Below, piece after piece: positions 51,151 through 60,322 of a DNA stretch of 64,000 bases (the first letter of the stretch is position 1; each line of letters begins with the position of its first letter). The stretch comes from Leptospira sp. GTDB lineage: Bacteria; Spirochaetota; Leptospiria; Leptospirales; Leptospiraceae. The notes under the pieces are model-generated. The model worked only from the letters and a program-made list of their open reading frames with translations, did no database searches and was not told the origin of the DNA. The stretch spans positions 32,001-96,000 of the forward strand of contig JAWXAQ010000022.1 in the NCBI GenBank assembly GCA_034439575.1. Direction: 5' to 3'. Position numbers and translations under genes: made by a program.

Positions 51151-51839
51151 AACTTTCTTTCGAAAGAACTCCGAAAAGACCATACTTTCCGGAGTTCTTA
51201 TTAGAACCCTCCATACCCATTTTATCCTTTGACGAAGCTGGACGTGGTGCCCTTGCGGGACCTGTATCCATTGGTGTCGTCCAATTCACTAAAGAAATTT
51301 TATTAGAAATCCAAAATGGAAAGGTTTTAAATGGGATTCGAGATTCCAAAAAACTAACTTTAGTAAAACGATTGGAATATGAAACTGAAATCAAATCCAT
51401 AGCGAGTTTTTATCGTGTTGTTTTTGTCTCACATAAATGGATTGATAAGGTTAATATCAATCAGGCTATTTTTTATGGAATCAATAGAGGGATCACCAAA
51501 CAAGAGTCAAATCTTCCTTTTTTATTTATAGATGGAAATTATAAAATTAAAATTTCAAAACCATATTTAGGTTATTATTCTTTACCTAAGGGTGATGATT
51601 TAATGCCAAGCATATCAGCGGCATCTATCCTCGCGAAAACTGCCAGGGACCGTTATATGGAGGCTATGGACCTCAAATACCCAGGTTACGGGTTTGCCAA
51701 ACACAAAGGTTATGGCACTGAAATTCATAGATCACAGATTCAAAAATTGGGAATTTCTCCGATCCATAGATTGAGTTTTTTGAAATTCCTCCGACATTCG
51801 GAAGAGGACACACTCTTTTCTCATGGTGAATCTTTATGA
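51147..51839 (+). CDS. rnhB: Ribonuclease HII (start codon uncertain, non-canonical)
   Basis: [11 protein letters not shown] at 51231 is in frame with the 51372 ORF ([27 protein letters not shown]). No ATG/GTG/TTG lies between the in-frame stop at 51132 and this motif. Confidence 0.9.
   Translation: MELSFERTPKRPYFPEFLLEPSIPILSFDEAGRGALAGPVSIGVVQFTKEILLEIQNGKVLNGIRDSKKLTLVKRLEYETEIKSIASFYRVVFVSHKWIDKVNINQAIFYGINRGITKQESNLPFLFIDGNYKIKISKPYLGYYSLPKGDDLMPSISAASILAKTARDRYMEAMDLKYPGYGFAKHKGYGTEIHRSQIQKLGISPIHRLSFLKFLRHSEEDTLFSHGESL
51164..51199 (+). terminator. Stem-loop after rplS (terminator or attenuator-like)
   Basis: AAGAACTCCGAAAAG-accata-CTTTCCGGAGTTCTT: 15-bp stem with one mismatch; poor U-tract. 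Confidence 0.55.
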
Positions 51840-52458
51840 ACCTATCCTTTTATTGTTACATAAACACAAACAGCAATCTGGCGTGTTCGAAAAAATGGAT
51901 ATGGGAAAAAACCATACTCCTACAATTTTAAACAGTAAAGAAGCTCAGCGCTTAAGGAATGCGGGAGAGATACAGAAACAAGAAATCTTGCCCAAAATCG
52001 GCATCCAAAACACCTTATTTTCCGAAGAAAAAACCCGCCACTGGTTTGAGATCCAATCCCAAAAAAATTTAGAAACCAAAGATTTAAAGAACCATTGGAA
52101 TTTTATTTTTCCTGAAATGCCTTGGACAAAAGAAACGATACACTGGGAAGATCAAAACGCAAATCGCAAACTCATTGCCAATTTTGGTAAATCCAAAGAT
52201 CCTTTTCGTTTATTAGTTCTATTTGATTCCATAAAAACTGGAAAGATATGGATTTATTTGACATATCACTCAGGTAAAAATTCTTCTTGTGAAATTATTT
52301 TTCAAACAGAGAAGGAAAATAGTTTTCGCATGATTAGGCGAGATGAGTCTACATTACAAAAACAATTGGAAAGTCTAGGCCGCGTTAAAATTCGTATAAC
52401 AAAAATTATAGAAAAAGATGAACCATATCTATCTTCAATGAATGGGATATTTGTTTGA
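51823..52458 (+). CDS. Hypothetical protein, possible FliK/YlqG-like C-terminal domain
   Basis: Lies between rnhB and an FlhB-like gene; C-terminal beta/helix pattern FRLLVLFDSIKTGKIWIYL...LQKQLESLG. Confidence 0.55.
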   Translation: MVNLYEPILLLLHKHKQQSGVFEKMDMGKNHTPTILNSKEAQRLRNAGEIQKQEILPKIGIQNTLFSEEKTRHWFEIQSQKNLETKDLKNHWNFIFPEMPWTKETIHWEDQNANRKLIANFGKSKDPFRLLVLFDSIKTGKIWIYLTYHSGKNSSCEIIFQTEKENSFRMIRRDESTLQKQLESLGRVKIRITKIIEKDEPYLSSMNGIFV

Positions 52459-52715
52459 AAAAAAAAGCGGTGGCACTTAGTTATTCACCCTCAAGTGATG
52501 TTGCTCCCAAAGTCATCGCTACGGGGACCGGTGCGATTGCCATGAAGATATGTCAAATTGCAGAAATGAATGAAATTCAAACCATATCTGATGAAGCCTT
52601 AGTGGAATCATTAGTAAAACTCCCCATTGGTTCCGAAATTCCTCGAGAAATGTATGACTCAGTTGCCATAATCTTTCGTTATCTACTTTCTGCTTCGACT
52701 AAGAAAAACAATTGA
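52455..52715 (+). CDS. FlhB C-terminal-like (EscU/YscU/YlqH family) small protein
   Basis: KAVALSY, APKVIATG, LPIGSEIPREMYDSVA. Confidence 0.9.
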   Translation: MKKKAVALSYSPSSDVAPKVIATGTGAIAMKICQIAEMNEIQTISDEALVESLVKLPIGSEIPREMYDSVAIIFRYLLSASTKKNN

Positions 52716-52743
52716 TCGCTTTCGGGACTTTAGTAGTATTCAC

Positions 52744-53937
52744 TTGGCTATGCGAAAAATACCAGTTTACGATTTAGTTCCCGGCTCAAAGTTTACAAAA
52801 TCTGTCTACCTCGATAAAGACACTGTTCTTGTGTCAGCTAGGCAACCTATCACCCAACAAGACTTGGATCGCTTAAAACAATTTGGGATTTCCTTTGTTT
52901 TAACAGAAGGAGAGCCAGTTTTAGGTATAGAAGAAGATAAATCTTCGGGTGGTGCAAACACTGGCTATTTTGATACGAATCTGCCTCTCTTGCAAGATGA
53001 TGAACATTCTGCTCGTTACAAATATATATTAGAAAAAGCAAATACGAATAAGGTGGAGTTTTCTGCCGTGTTTAAAGATGCTTTTGAACTAGTCCAAAAA
53101 ACATATCGATCTGCTTCCGAAGGCAAATATACGGAAATTCGAGAGTTCCGTGAAATAGCCGAACGGATCGCAGACCATGTGAAAGGAAATCCCCAGCTTC
53201 CTATATTGCTCTTGTCTCATTCTCATTCTGGGTATTATCTATATACACACATTTGTTATGCGACCTTCTATGCCGTATTACTCGGAAATTATTTAGAGTT
53301 TTCACGTCCAAAATTGATAGATCTTGCCCTTGCTTCCCTTTTTGCCGATATGGGAATGGTAACAGTTCCAGAAGAAGTTTCTGAGAAAAAAGGAACCTTG
53401 ACGGAATTAGATTTAAAAACAATCAAAAGGCATCCTGTAACTGGGTATCAAATTTTAACACAAAGGTTAAAATTAAAAAATTCATTGGCCATCGTTTCAT
53501 TGCAACACCATGAGGCTGTTGATGGATCAGGTTATCCGCAAAAAATATTAGCCAATCAAATCGAAGAACTCACTAAAGTGTTTATGATCGCAGATCAATT
53601 CGCCGCGATGATCATGCCAAGGCCCTATCGTCAAGCTATTTTACCTTATGATACTATGAAGATCATGATCAGTGAGAATGTAAACCGTTACGACCTAAAA
53701 ATGGTTAGGTTGTTTTTGAATAAACTTTCTATGTTTCCTATTGGTTCTGGAGTCTGCCTGAGTGATAACCGTATTGGTATTGTCATCGACTCAAATCGGG
53801 ACAAACCCCTAAGGCCTGTCATTCGGATTACAAAAGATGATCTCGGGAATCGGATGAAATTATTGGAATTTGTGGATTTGATGCGAGACCTAAACACTTA
53901 TATCCAAAAAGCTGTGCCTTTTTCTCAGATTTACTGA
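52744..53937 (+). CDS. HD-GYP domain protein (degenerate HD)
   Basis: HPVTGY, QHHEAVDGSGYP, IADQFAAM..PRPYR; FADMG at the HD position. Confidence 0.88.
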   Translation: MAMRKIPVYDLVPGSKFTKSVYLDKDTVLVSARQPITQQDLDRLKQFGISFVLTEGEPVLGIEEDKSSGGANTGYFDTNLPLLQDDEHSARYKYILEKANTNKVEFSAVFKDAFELVQKTYRSASEGKYTEIREFREIAERIADHVKGNPQLPILLLSHSHSGYYLYTHICYATFYAVLLGNYLEFSRPKLIDLALASLFADMGMVTVPEEVSEKKGTLTELDLKTIKRHPVTGYQILTQRLKLKNSLAIVSLQHHEAVDGSGYPQKILANQIEELTKVFMIADQFAAMIMPRPYRQAILPYDTMKIMISENVNRYDLKMVRLFLNKLSMFPIGSGVCLSDNRIGIVIDSNRDKPLRPVIRITKDDLGNRMKLLEFVDLMRDLNTYIQKAVPFSQIY

Positions 53938-53944
53938 TTTTTTT

Positions 53945-54289
53945 TTGAGAAAAGTTGACCTAGGAAAACTAGGCGAGTCTTTAGCTCTCACATTTTTGTT
54001 GGATACGGGACATTCCATACTTTTTACAAATTATAGAAATTCCTTCGGAGAAATTGACATAATCAGTTTATGTAAGGAAGTCCTTTATTGTACGGAAGTT
54101 AAGTTTCGCACAACGAATGAGAATTTCCACCCACTTCAGGTATTTAATGAGACAAAACAAAATAGGATGAAGAAGTTATATTATTATTTCATAAAAGAGT
54201 ATCCTCTTTACTCTCACCTAACGGTGTCATTCTCTTTGGCCCATATAGATGAAAAAAGGGAAGTTCACTTTTATTCCCATCTCTTTTAA
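53945..54289 (+). CDS. YraN family putative endonuclease
   Basis: LGKLGE, NYR...GEIDII, EVK.R. Confidence 0.9.
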   Translation: MRKVDLGKLGESLALTFLLDTGHSILFTNYRNSFGEIDIISLCKEVLYCTEVKFRTTNENFHPLQVFNETKQNRMKKLYYYFIKEYPLYSHLTVSFSLAHIDEKREVHFYSHLF

Positions 54290-54298
54290 AATAGTTCA

Positions 54299-54392
54299 TC
54301 AAGGGATTTTTCTTAGTAACCGATGTCTTCAATATCCCACAAGTTGGGAATACTCTCAAGGATGAGAGTGTAATGTTACAAGGAAGTAACTC
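54299..54392 (+). promoter_or_regulatory. Sigma28-like promoter and 5' leader with two GGA-loop hairpins (CsrA-like sites)
   Basis: TCAAG-N15-ACCGATGT; hairpins ACTCTCA-AGGA-TGAGAGT (54352-54369) and GTTAC-AAGGAA-GTAAC (54375-54390). Confidence 0.55.
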
Positions 54393-54593
54393 ATGAGACA
54401 AATAAGTGTTATAGGAAATTTAGCAGAGACTGATGAATTTGGTCCTGATCCAGTACTTCTTCGAAAAAGAGGCATGTCCGGAACGATTCAAAAGAAGTTT
54501 ACCAATTACAAAAAAAAGGTAGATGATCCTGCTTATATGGATTATGCGATAAATAAAATTGCAATGGAAATTTCACATTTTATATCTAAGTAG
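54393..54593 (+). CDS. Small hypothetical protein (66 aa)
   Basis: AAGGA RBS correctly spaced; fills the gap before convergent comM. Confidence 0.75.
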   Translation: MRQISVIGNLAETDEFGPDPVLLRKRGMSGTIQKKFTNYKKKVDDPAYMDYAINKIAMEISHFISK

Positions 54594-54595
54594 TG

Positions 54596-56074
54596 TTAAT
54601 TGATTTCCTCAAAAAATAATGAGTTTGAAGAGTAATCAAGCGCTTCAAGAATATGCCTTTCTAAAACAATCTCGGACAATTCAAAATCCGCAATTGTTCT
54701 GGTTAGTTTTATGAAATTTTGTTTTCGTCTAAATGAGAATTTTCCCAAATCTAATTTGGAAAAATTGTTATTACTGAATTGATCTAAGATATCTGATTTT
54801 TTATATTTTTTTTCTTCAACAAACCTGTGCGCCTGAAATATTTTGGCGCGGTTCATACGTTCTTTAAATTCCTTTTGGTAAATGATGACTGATCTGGATT
54901 CTTCTTTATCAAATAAACGAAGATGGATAGAAATTCGATCCAAAAAAGCTCCACTAAATTTACGTAAGTAGTCTCTGATTTGTTTTTTGGAACAAGGGCA
55001 ATTTTTAAACCCTAAATAATTTCCGCAAGGGCAGGGGTTCGTAGCCCCAATGATGACACAATCTGCGGGTAGGGATTTATGATTATGTAATCTAGATACA
55101 TTGATTTTTTTTTCTTCCATAGGTTCACGTAAAACTTCCAAAGATCGTTCTTTGAATTCTGAAAGTTCATCCAAAAAAAGTATGCCACCATGGGCTCTTG
55201 TGACTTCACCTATTTCAATTGGATATCCGCCACCAACAAGCGCTTGTTCTGTTGTGGTATGGTGAGGAGCTCGAAAAGGTCTTGGACCAATTTCGCCTAG
55301 AGCATACTCATTGTTTGAATGATTGTATAAATGGCCATTTATTATTTCATTCTCTAACCAATTGGCTTGGATATCTTTTAGCATTTTTACCAATTTAGTT
55401 TTCCCATTTCCAGGGTTACCAAGAACTAGGGCATGATGATTGCCGAGACTCGCATAACAAAGACCTTGAAAGACTAACATTTGGTCTGGAGTGAGAGTCA
55501 TTTGATCCCATTCAGGAGGAAGTTCAATTTGAGTCCCTTGTTTGGAAATGGAATGTACAATTTTGTAATTTTCTTGCACTAAATCTTGCAGTGAACTGAG
55601 GAATCTATACTTTGCTTTGGGCAGGTTTTTATCCTTTAATTCTTCGGGTAAAAGAAATGTTTTTGAACTGCTATCTGGATATCTCCAGAGTAACTCCAGA
55701 AGTTCTTCGGAGCCTATGACAGTTCCAGAAAGACTAAGAGAACCCAGAGCAACTAAATCCTCTACAGATGGCAGAGAGACTTGTCCTGTGGCCTTTAAGA
55801 TACAGATGGCAATGGGCAAATCAAAAAAGGATGATTTCTTTTGGATATGGTTTGGGTGGAGGTTGATGATAATCGAATCGAAGGGAAATTGAAACCCAGA
55901 AGTCTCTATGGAAATTTTAATTCTGTCTTTTGACTCTTTCGTATTTTGAGAAGCCAGACCCAGGATTTGGAACATGGGAAGGCCTCGCCTGACGGCAACT
56001 TCCACTTGGACCAATTGGACATCACGTGCAAACATCGACATACTTAAGATTTCTGAAAGAAGAGGAACTGACAT
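54596..56074 (-). CDS. comM: YifB/ComM family Mg-chelatase-like AAA+ ATPase
   Basis: GLPMFQILGL, ESKDRI, FDLPIA, GNPGNGKT, RPFRAPHH, FLDELSEF, NPCPCG, RTIAD. The ATG 56074 start is inferred. Confidence 0.88.
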   Translation of the reverse strand: MSVPLLSEILSMSMFARDVQLVQVEVAVRRGLPMFQILGLASQNTKESKDRIKISIETSGFQFPFDSIIINLHPNHIQKKSSFFDLPIAICILKATGQVSLPSVEDLVALGSLSLSGTVIGSEELLELLWRYPDSSSKTFLLPEELKDKNLPKAKYRFLSSLQDLVQENYKIVHSISKQGTQIELPPEWDQMTLTPDQMLVFQGLCYASLGNHHALVLGNPGNGKTKLVKMLKDIQANWLENEIINGHLYNHSNNEYALGEIGPRPFRAPHHTTTEQALVGGGYPIEIGEVTRAHGGILFLDELSEFKERSLEVLREPMEEKKINVSRLHNHKSLPADCVIIGATNPCPCGNYLGFKNCPCSKKQIRDYLRKFSGAFLDRISIHLRLFDKEESRSVIIYQKEFKERMNRAKIFQAHRFVEEKKYKKSDILDQFSNNNFSKLDLGKFSFRRKQNFIKLTRTIADFELSEIVLERHILEALDYSSNSLFFEEIN

Positions 56075-56192
56075 TTTTAGATTTAAGAAGCAGGGTAAAA
56101 ATAATCCCGAATTGGTTTTGAAAAAATAATTTGCTTTTCTTTTTAACAATTTATGTTCTTTTTTTCCTAAGAATTCGCTTAAGGTAGGTTGG

Positions 56193-56573
56193 TTGTTTCG
56201 CTTCTTTCAAATTCTATTGCTTCTCACTATATGTCACTGCTCGCAAAGGCTAATCGAAAAAGAGAAATTGCGCGAAATGAACCAGTATTATGATGAGAGA
56301 GTGTACCAATTAAAAGAAGATGTAAAAATTTCTCAAGATGAGGTTTGGAAAAAAGGAACACTCGTGCGCCTTTATGTAGAATCAACTCCCTCACTTTTGA
56401 AAATTAAAATCTATCCAGCGAAAGATTCGAGGGAAAACTCAACGGGCAAATTGGCTTCCTATCTGATCAATGATAATGTGAAAAAAAAGAAGTATGGATT
56501 TAGTGATGTAGAGGAATGGGTGAATTCCAAGTTCCAAGTCGCAGATCCAAAAAGTATAAAAACAAAGAAATAA
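56193..56573 (+). CDS. Lipoprotein associated with the T2SS locus
   Basis: Lipobox-like TICH-C; first gene of the gsp-oriented run. Confidence 0.7.
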   Translation: MFRFFQILLLLTICHCSQRLIEKEKLREMNQYYDERVYQLKEDVKISQDEVWKKGTLVRLYVESTPSLLKIKIYPAKDSRENSTGKLASYLINDNVKKKKYGFSDVEEWVNSKFQVADPKSIKTKK

Positions 56574-56672
56574 ATTAGGTTTGGAATGCTATTGCTGTTT
56601 CGTATTTTTCAATTAAGGTCTTTATTATATTTACATTCAAGAATTGGGTTTTCACAGTCCGATAAAATTAGA

Positions 56673-57593
56673 GTGGGAACTGTTAAGTATTTAACCTTCA
56701 TTACTTTTTTGTTTTTCTCTGCGAATCTTTCAGCAAATCCCTTTGCAAGATTCAACGATGAAATCGAAAAATCCATGAGTCCTACTTCAACGTCCGTATT
56801 TAAAATCTTTTCAGGTCCGAGTAAAGATTCAGATATCCAAAAACTCTTTGAACAGGGCGTCAATGCTCAAAGTGACGAGGATGATGCCGAAGTGGCTTCC
56901 CTTGATTTGCCAAAATACATCAATATTTCACCCGTGGTGAGTAATACTGTCGTACATGAGTCTGGCATAGTAATCAAAAAATACATTATCCAAAAAAAGG
57001 ACACTTTGTCTCGTATTGCCCGTAATTTTGCGACCAATTTGGCAAAAATCAAAAAACACAATGCCCTTAGTTCTAGTGCTTTAAAGCTTGGACAGGTTCT
57101 TGAGATTCCTGTCCAAACTAAAAACGCTTCTTCTTCCCGAGTCATCAAAAGGAAAGTTTTTATACTTCCTGTGCCCCAAAGCAAAGTGACTTCCCGATTT
57201 GGACGGAGAGTGGATCCATTCAATAAATACAATCGTGTATACCATACAGGTCTGGATTTGGCCGCAAAAGTGGGAACCCCCGTCGTCTCTGCTGCCGAAG
57301 GTGAAGTAATGTTCACTGGGCGAAACGGTGGGTATGGAAATTCTGTGATCATCCAACATAAAAATGGATATAAAACAGTTTACGCACATTGTTCACAGAT
57401 TTTAGTTGAGGTGGGAGAAACAGTAAAAATGGGAAGGGTGATTGCCGCAGTCGGAAGAACTGGTTCTGCGACGGGAGCTCATTTGCATTTTGAAGTTTTT
57501 CGAAATGGTAAAATAATGAATCCAGAAACTGCACTTAACTTGACTGAAAAATCGGTTACCAAACTCCCTAAGTCGGAAATTGCTGGGATTTAG
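56673..57593 (+). CDS. LysM + M23 family peptidoglycan endopeptidase
   Basis: LysM (YIIQKKDTLSRIA...LKLGQVLEIP), HTGLD and HLHFEV Zn motifs. GTG 56673 gives a clean signal peptide; the ORF track start is 56586. Confidence 0.9.
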   Translation: MGTVKYLTFITFLFFSANLSANPFARFNDEIEKSMSPTSTSVFKIFSGPSKDSDIQKLFEQGVNAQSDEDDAEVASLDLPKYINISPVVSNTVVHESGIVIKKYIIQKKDTLSRIARNFATNLAKIKKHNALSSSALKLGQVLEIPVQTKNASSSRVIKRKVFILPVPQSKVTSRFGRRVDPFNKYNRVYHTGLDLAAKVGTPVVSAAEGEVMFTGRNGGYGNSVIIQHKNGYKTVYAHCSQILVEVGETVKMGRVIAAVGRTGSATGAHLHFEVFRNGKIMNPETALNLTEKSVTKLPKSEIAGI

Positions 57594-57624
57594 TTAGGGG
57601 ATGTTCCTCTAGGGAACAAATCTG

Positions 57625-58539
57625 ATGAATTCTATCGTCAACCAAGTTCAGAATAATAAGTTCCTTACACTTATTCCCCCTGTCATACTATTCTCATTTT
57701 CACTTGCCTATCTTTCTCGTTTGATGCTCCTTTTGCTCTTTAGTACTGAAACGGGAAGTATGCAATCCTCGCTCCCCAGACCGAAACTGGCCAAACAAGA
57801 AATTGTCCTCGCGATTAATACTTACGAAGAAATGGTCACTGGCAATTTAGTTCGTGGTGTTTATTATGATCCAAACCAAGTGGATAAAAAATCTTTGGAT
57901 GGCTCTAGTTTAGATCCAGAAATTGCAGCAGATAATGGTGATGTCGACCAAATGCTCGTGACAGGAACTTTATCTGGTCACTGGTCTTTTGCTCGCGTGA
58001 CAGTAAGGGAAAAATCTGCGAATGATTCGGAAGAGTTTGCCATTGGGGAAATGGTCGGTGGTTATAAAGTCCAATCCATTGAACCACATTACGTCGTGCT
58101 AAAAAAAGGCGGTTTGGCATTACGAGTCAATATTGGGGAAACTCCGGCGCAAGCCAAAGAACGAATTCGCCCTAAAGGTGAAGAGGCCCCTCTACCAGCA
58201 TTGAACTCTTCGCAAACGGTTCAAAAAGTCCTTTCCAGAGAGGATGTGAATCGAAAACTGAAAGATCCGAATACAATCTATAAAAATGCTAGATTTGGTC
58301 CGCATTTGGTGGATGGAAAAATTGAAGGCTATAAATTATATCAAGTTTCAAAGGAACATGTTTTCTATGCATTGGGCGCAAGAAGTGGTGATATCATTCG
58401 TCGCGTAAATGGAATGCCTCTCAATGAAACAGAAAAAATGTTAGAAATTTGGTCTTCAGTGAAACAAGCACCTAAAATTACAGTAGATTTAGAGAGACAA
58501 GGCAAGATTATCACATATGAATTTATTATCCGGAACTAA
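57625..58539 (+). CDS. gspC: Type II secretion protein GspC
   Basis: TM + HR domain + PDZ (GDIIRRVNG); precedes gspD. Confidence 0.85.
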   Translation: MNSIVNQVQNNKFLTLIPPVILFSFSLAYLSRLMLLLLFSTETGSMQSSLPRPKLAKQEIVLAINTYEEMVTGNLVRGVYYDPNQVDKKSLDGSSLDPEIAADNGDVDQMLVTGTLSGHWSFARVTVREKSANDSEEFAIGEMVGGYKVQSIEPHYVVLKKGGLALRVNIGETPAQAKERIRPKGEEAPLPALNSSQTVQKVLSREDVNRKLKDPNTIYKNARFGPHLVDGKIEGYKLYQVSKEHVFYALGARSGDIIRRVNGMPLNETEKMLEIWSSVKQAPKITVDLERQGKIITYEFIIRN

Positions 58540-58540
58540 A

Positions 58541-60322
58541 ATGAAACGAAACTTTGTTTTTCTCGTATTGTTTGCGTCCTTTTATTTACTTCTAACGCCT
58601 GCTTATTCAGAAGATAAGGTAAAACCAAAAACAAAGTCTAGTTCTGGAACGGAATCCTCTACATTTACAGCTGACTGGCGTGATACGGAATTAAAAGATT
58701 TTTTGATGGGCATGAGTGCTATCATCAAAAAAAATATTTTAATCGATGATGCTGTCAAAGGCAAAAAAGTAACTATCATTTCTCAAAAAAGAATCAAAGT
58801 CGAAGATGCCTTTGGTTTTATGAAATCAGTTTTGGAATCACAAGGTTTTGGACTCATTGAAGAGAACGATTTAATCAAAGTCGTAAAGATCAAAGATGCC
58901 CTCGCAAAATCTCCGTTAGTCAGAATTGGTAAAGAACCAGTTTCTGAAAGTGACATTAGTCTTAGTAAAACAATTACACAAATTGTTCCACTGGAATTTG
59001 CCAATGCGAACGAATTAGAACCTATATTAAAACGAGTCACTTCGCCTGATACAGATATCATTATACCAAAAAATCAAAATACTTTACTCATGTCTGGATC
59101 ATCAGCAGATATAAATAAATTATTAAAATTAATTGATAACTTGGATGTGAAATTAGAAGGTCCAGGTGCCATCTCTTCCGCAGGTGATATTCATATTTAT
59201 ACTTTAGAATATAATGAAGCTGAAAAATTAGCAGCTATATTAGTTAAACTAGATATGCCTGAAGTGCCAACAGCACCTGCGACTACAACGACACCAGGAG
59301 TTGAGGGTGCCCAACCTATTGAACAACCCAAAGCGATCACACCTCCTCCTCAACAAGGGCAAGGGATTCGTCCTGGTGGAAAACAAGAAAAAATCAAAGC
59401 TGTTGCACATAAAGAATCAAATTCCCTTATTGTAACGGCACTTCCTCAAGAATGGGAAGAGATTAAAAAAATAATCAAAATCTTGGATTCAGCCAGAAAA
59501 CAAGTGTTACTCGAGGTTTTGATTGTTGAATTAACTTCAACAGACTTAAATGACTTCGGTATCGACTGGCGTTACCAACAGGGTGCCTACAGTCAATTTA
59601 ACACTGGTCTTGCGGCTCAAGGTGGAGTTCTAGATAAAAATGGCAGACCAACAAACGTAAATACATTGTCCGGTTTCTCTCTTGGTTTTATCCAAAGAGG
59701 TGGGGAACAAATAATCGGTATTTTAAATGCGAATTCTACAAATGAAAATTTTAATGTACTTTCTGCGCCACAAATATTAACCTTGGATAACCAAGAAGCG
59801 GAGATCAATGTTGGTCAAGACGTTCCCGTGAGAACTCAAAATAGAAATGCGGGAACTGGCGGGGACAATGCTGTTACTGTTGCCAATTTTGAATACCGAC
59901 CAACAGGGATTAAATTAAAGTTCACTCCTCATATCAATAAAAACAATCGCATCACACTTGATTTGTACCAAGAGATTAAAAACGTAGCGGGGATTTCTTC
60001 GGAAGCCACGGGCGGAAACCCAACTTTCAATAAAAGAGACATTAAGACCACTATTGTAGTTGATAATATACAAACAATCGTTATAGGGGGATTGCTTTCT
60101 AATGATAAACAAAAGAAAGTGCAAAAGATCCCGATTTTAGGTGAAATTCCATTGATTGGAAATTTATTTCGTAGAACCACAAATCAACTGCGTAAAACAA
60201 ATTTAATGGTTTTTTTGACTCCTCATATTTTAGAAGATCGAGAAAAATCAGATCGTATGACGATTCAAAAAAAGAACGAACAAGAAAGAATGTCGGAAGA
60301 GAGAGAAAAGAGACTTAGATGA
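58541..60322 (+). CDS. gspD: Type II secretion secretin GspD
   Basis: N0 domain, [49 protein letters not shown]. Confidence 0.95.
   Translation: MKRNFVFLVLFASFYLLLTPAYSEDKVKPKTKSSSGTESSTFTADWRDTELKDFLMGMSAIIKKNILIDDAVKGKKVTIISQKRIKVEDAFGFMKSVLESQGFGLIEENDLIKVVKIKDALAKSPLVRIGKEPVSESDISLSKTITQIVPLEFANANELEPILKRVTSPDTDIIIPKNQNTLLMSGSSADINKLLKLIDNLDVKLEGPGAISSAGDIHIYTLEYNEAEKLAAILVKLDMPEVPTAPATTTTPGVEGAQPIEQPKAITPPPQQGQGIRPGGKQEKIKAVAHKESNSLIVTALPQEWEEIKKIIKILDSARKQVLLEVLIVELTSTDLNDFGIDWRYQQGAYSQFNTGLAAQGGVLDKNGRPTNVNTLSGFSLGFIQRGGEQIIGILNANSTNENFNVLSAPQILTLDNQEAEINVGQDVPVRTQNRNAGTGGDNAVTVANFEYRPTGIKLKFTPHINKNNRITLDLYQEIKNVAGISSEATGGNPTFNKRDIKTTIVVDNIQTIVIGGLLSNDKQKKVQKIPILGEIPLIGNLFRRTTNQLRKTNLMVFLTPHILEDREKSDRMTIQKKNEQERMSEEREKRLR

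Noticed and set aside
50969-51232. 87-aa alternative-frame ORF overlapping rplS and ending at the rnhB DEAGRG motif (possible frameshifted rnhB N-terminus)
   Set aside because: It overlaps conserved L19 codons and shows no slippery site; the rnhB frame is already open. It cannot be fully excluded without reads.
53938-53946. T9 run before yraN (also A-runs near 1955 and 34992)
   Set aside because: Expected in AT-rich DNA; no reading frame is disrupted, so there is no support for phase variation.
56609-57534. Antisense ORFs of up to 161 aa over the M23 gene (similar ones over exbB, kdsA, gspF)
   Set aside because: No motifs; typical antisense shadows of real genes.
59270-59380. Pro/Thr/Gln-rich low-complexity stretch in GspD
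   Set aside because: The ordinary disordered N3 loop of secretins, not a DNA repeat.
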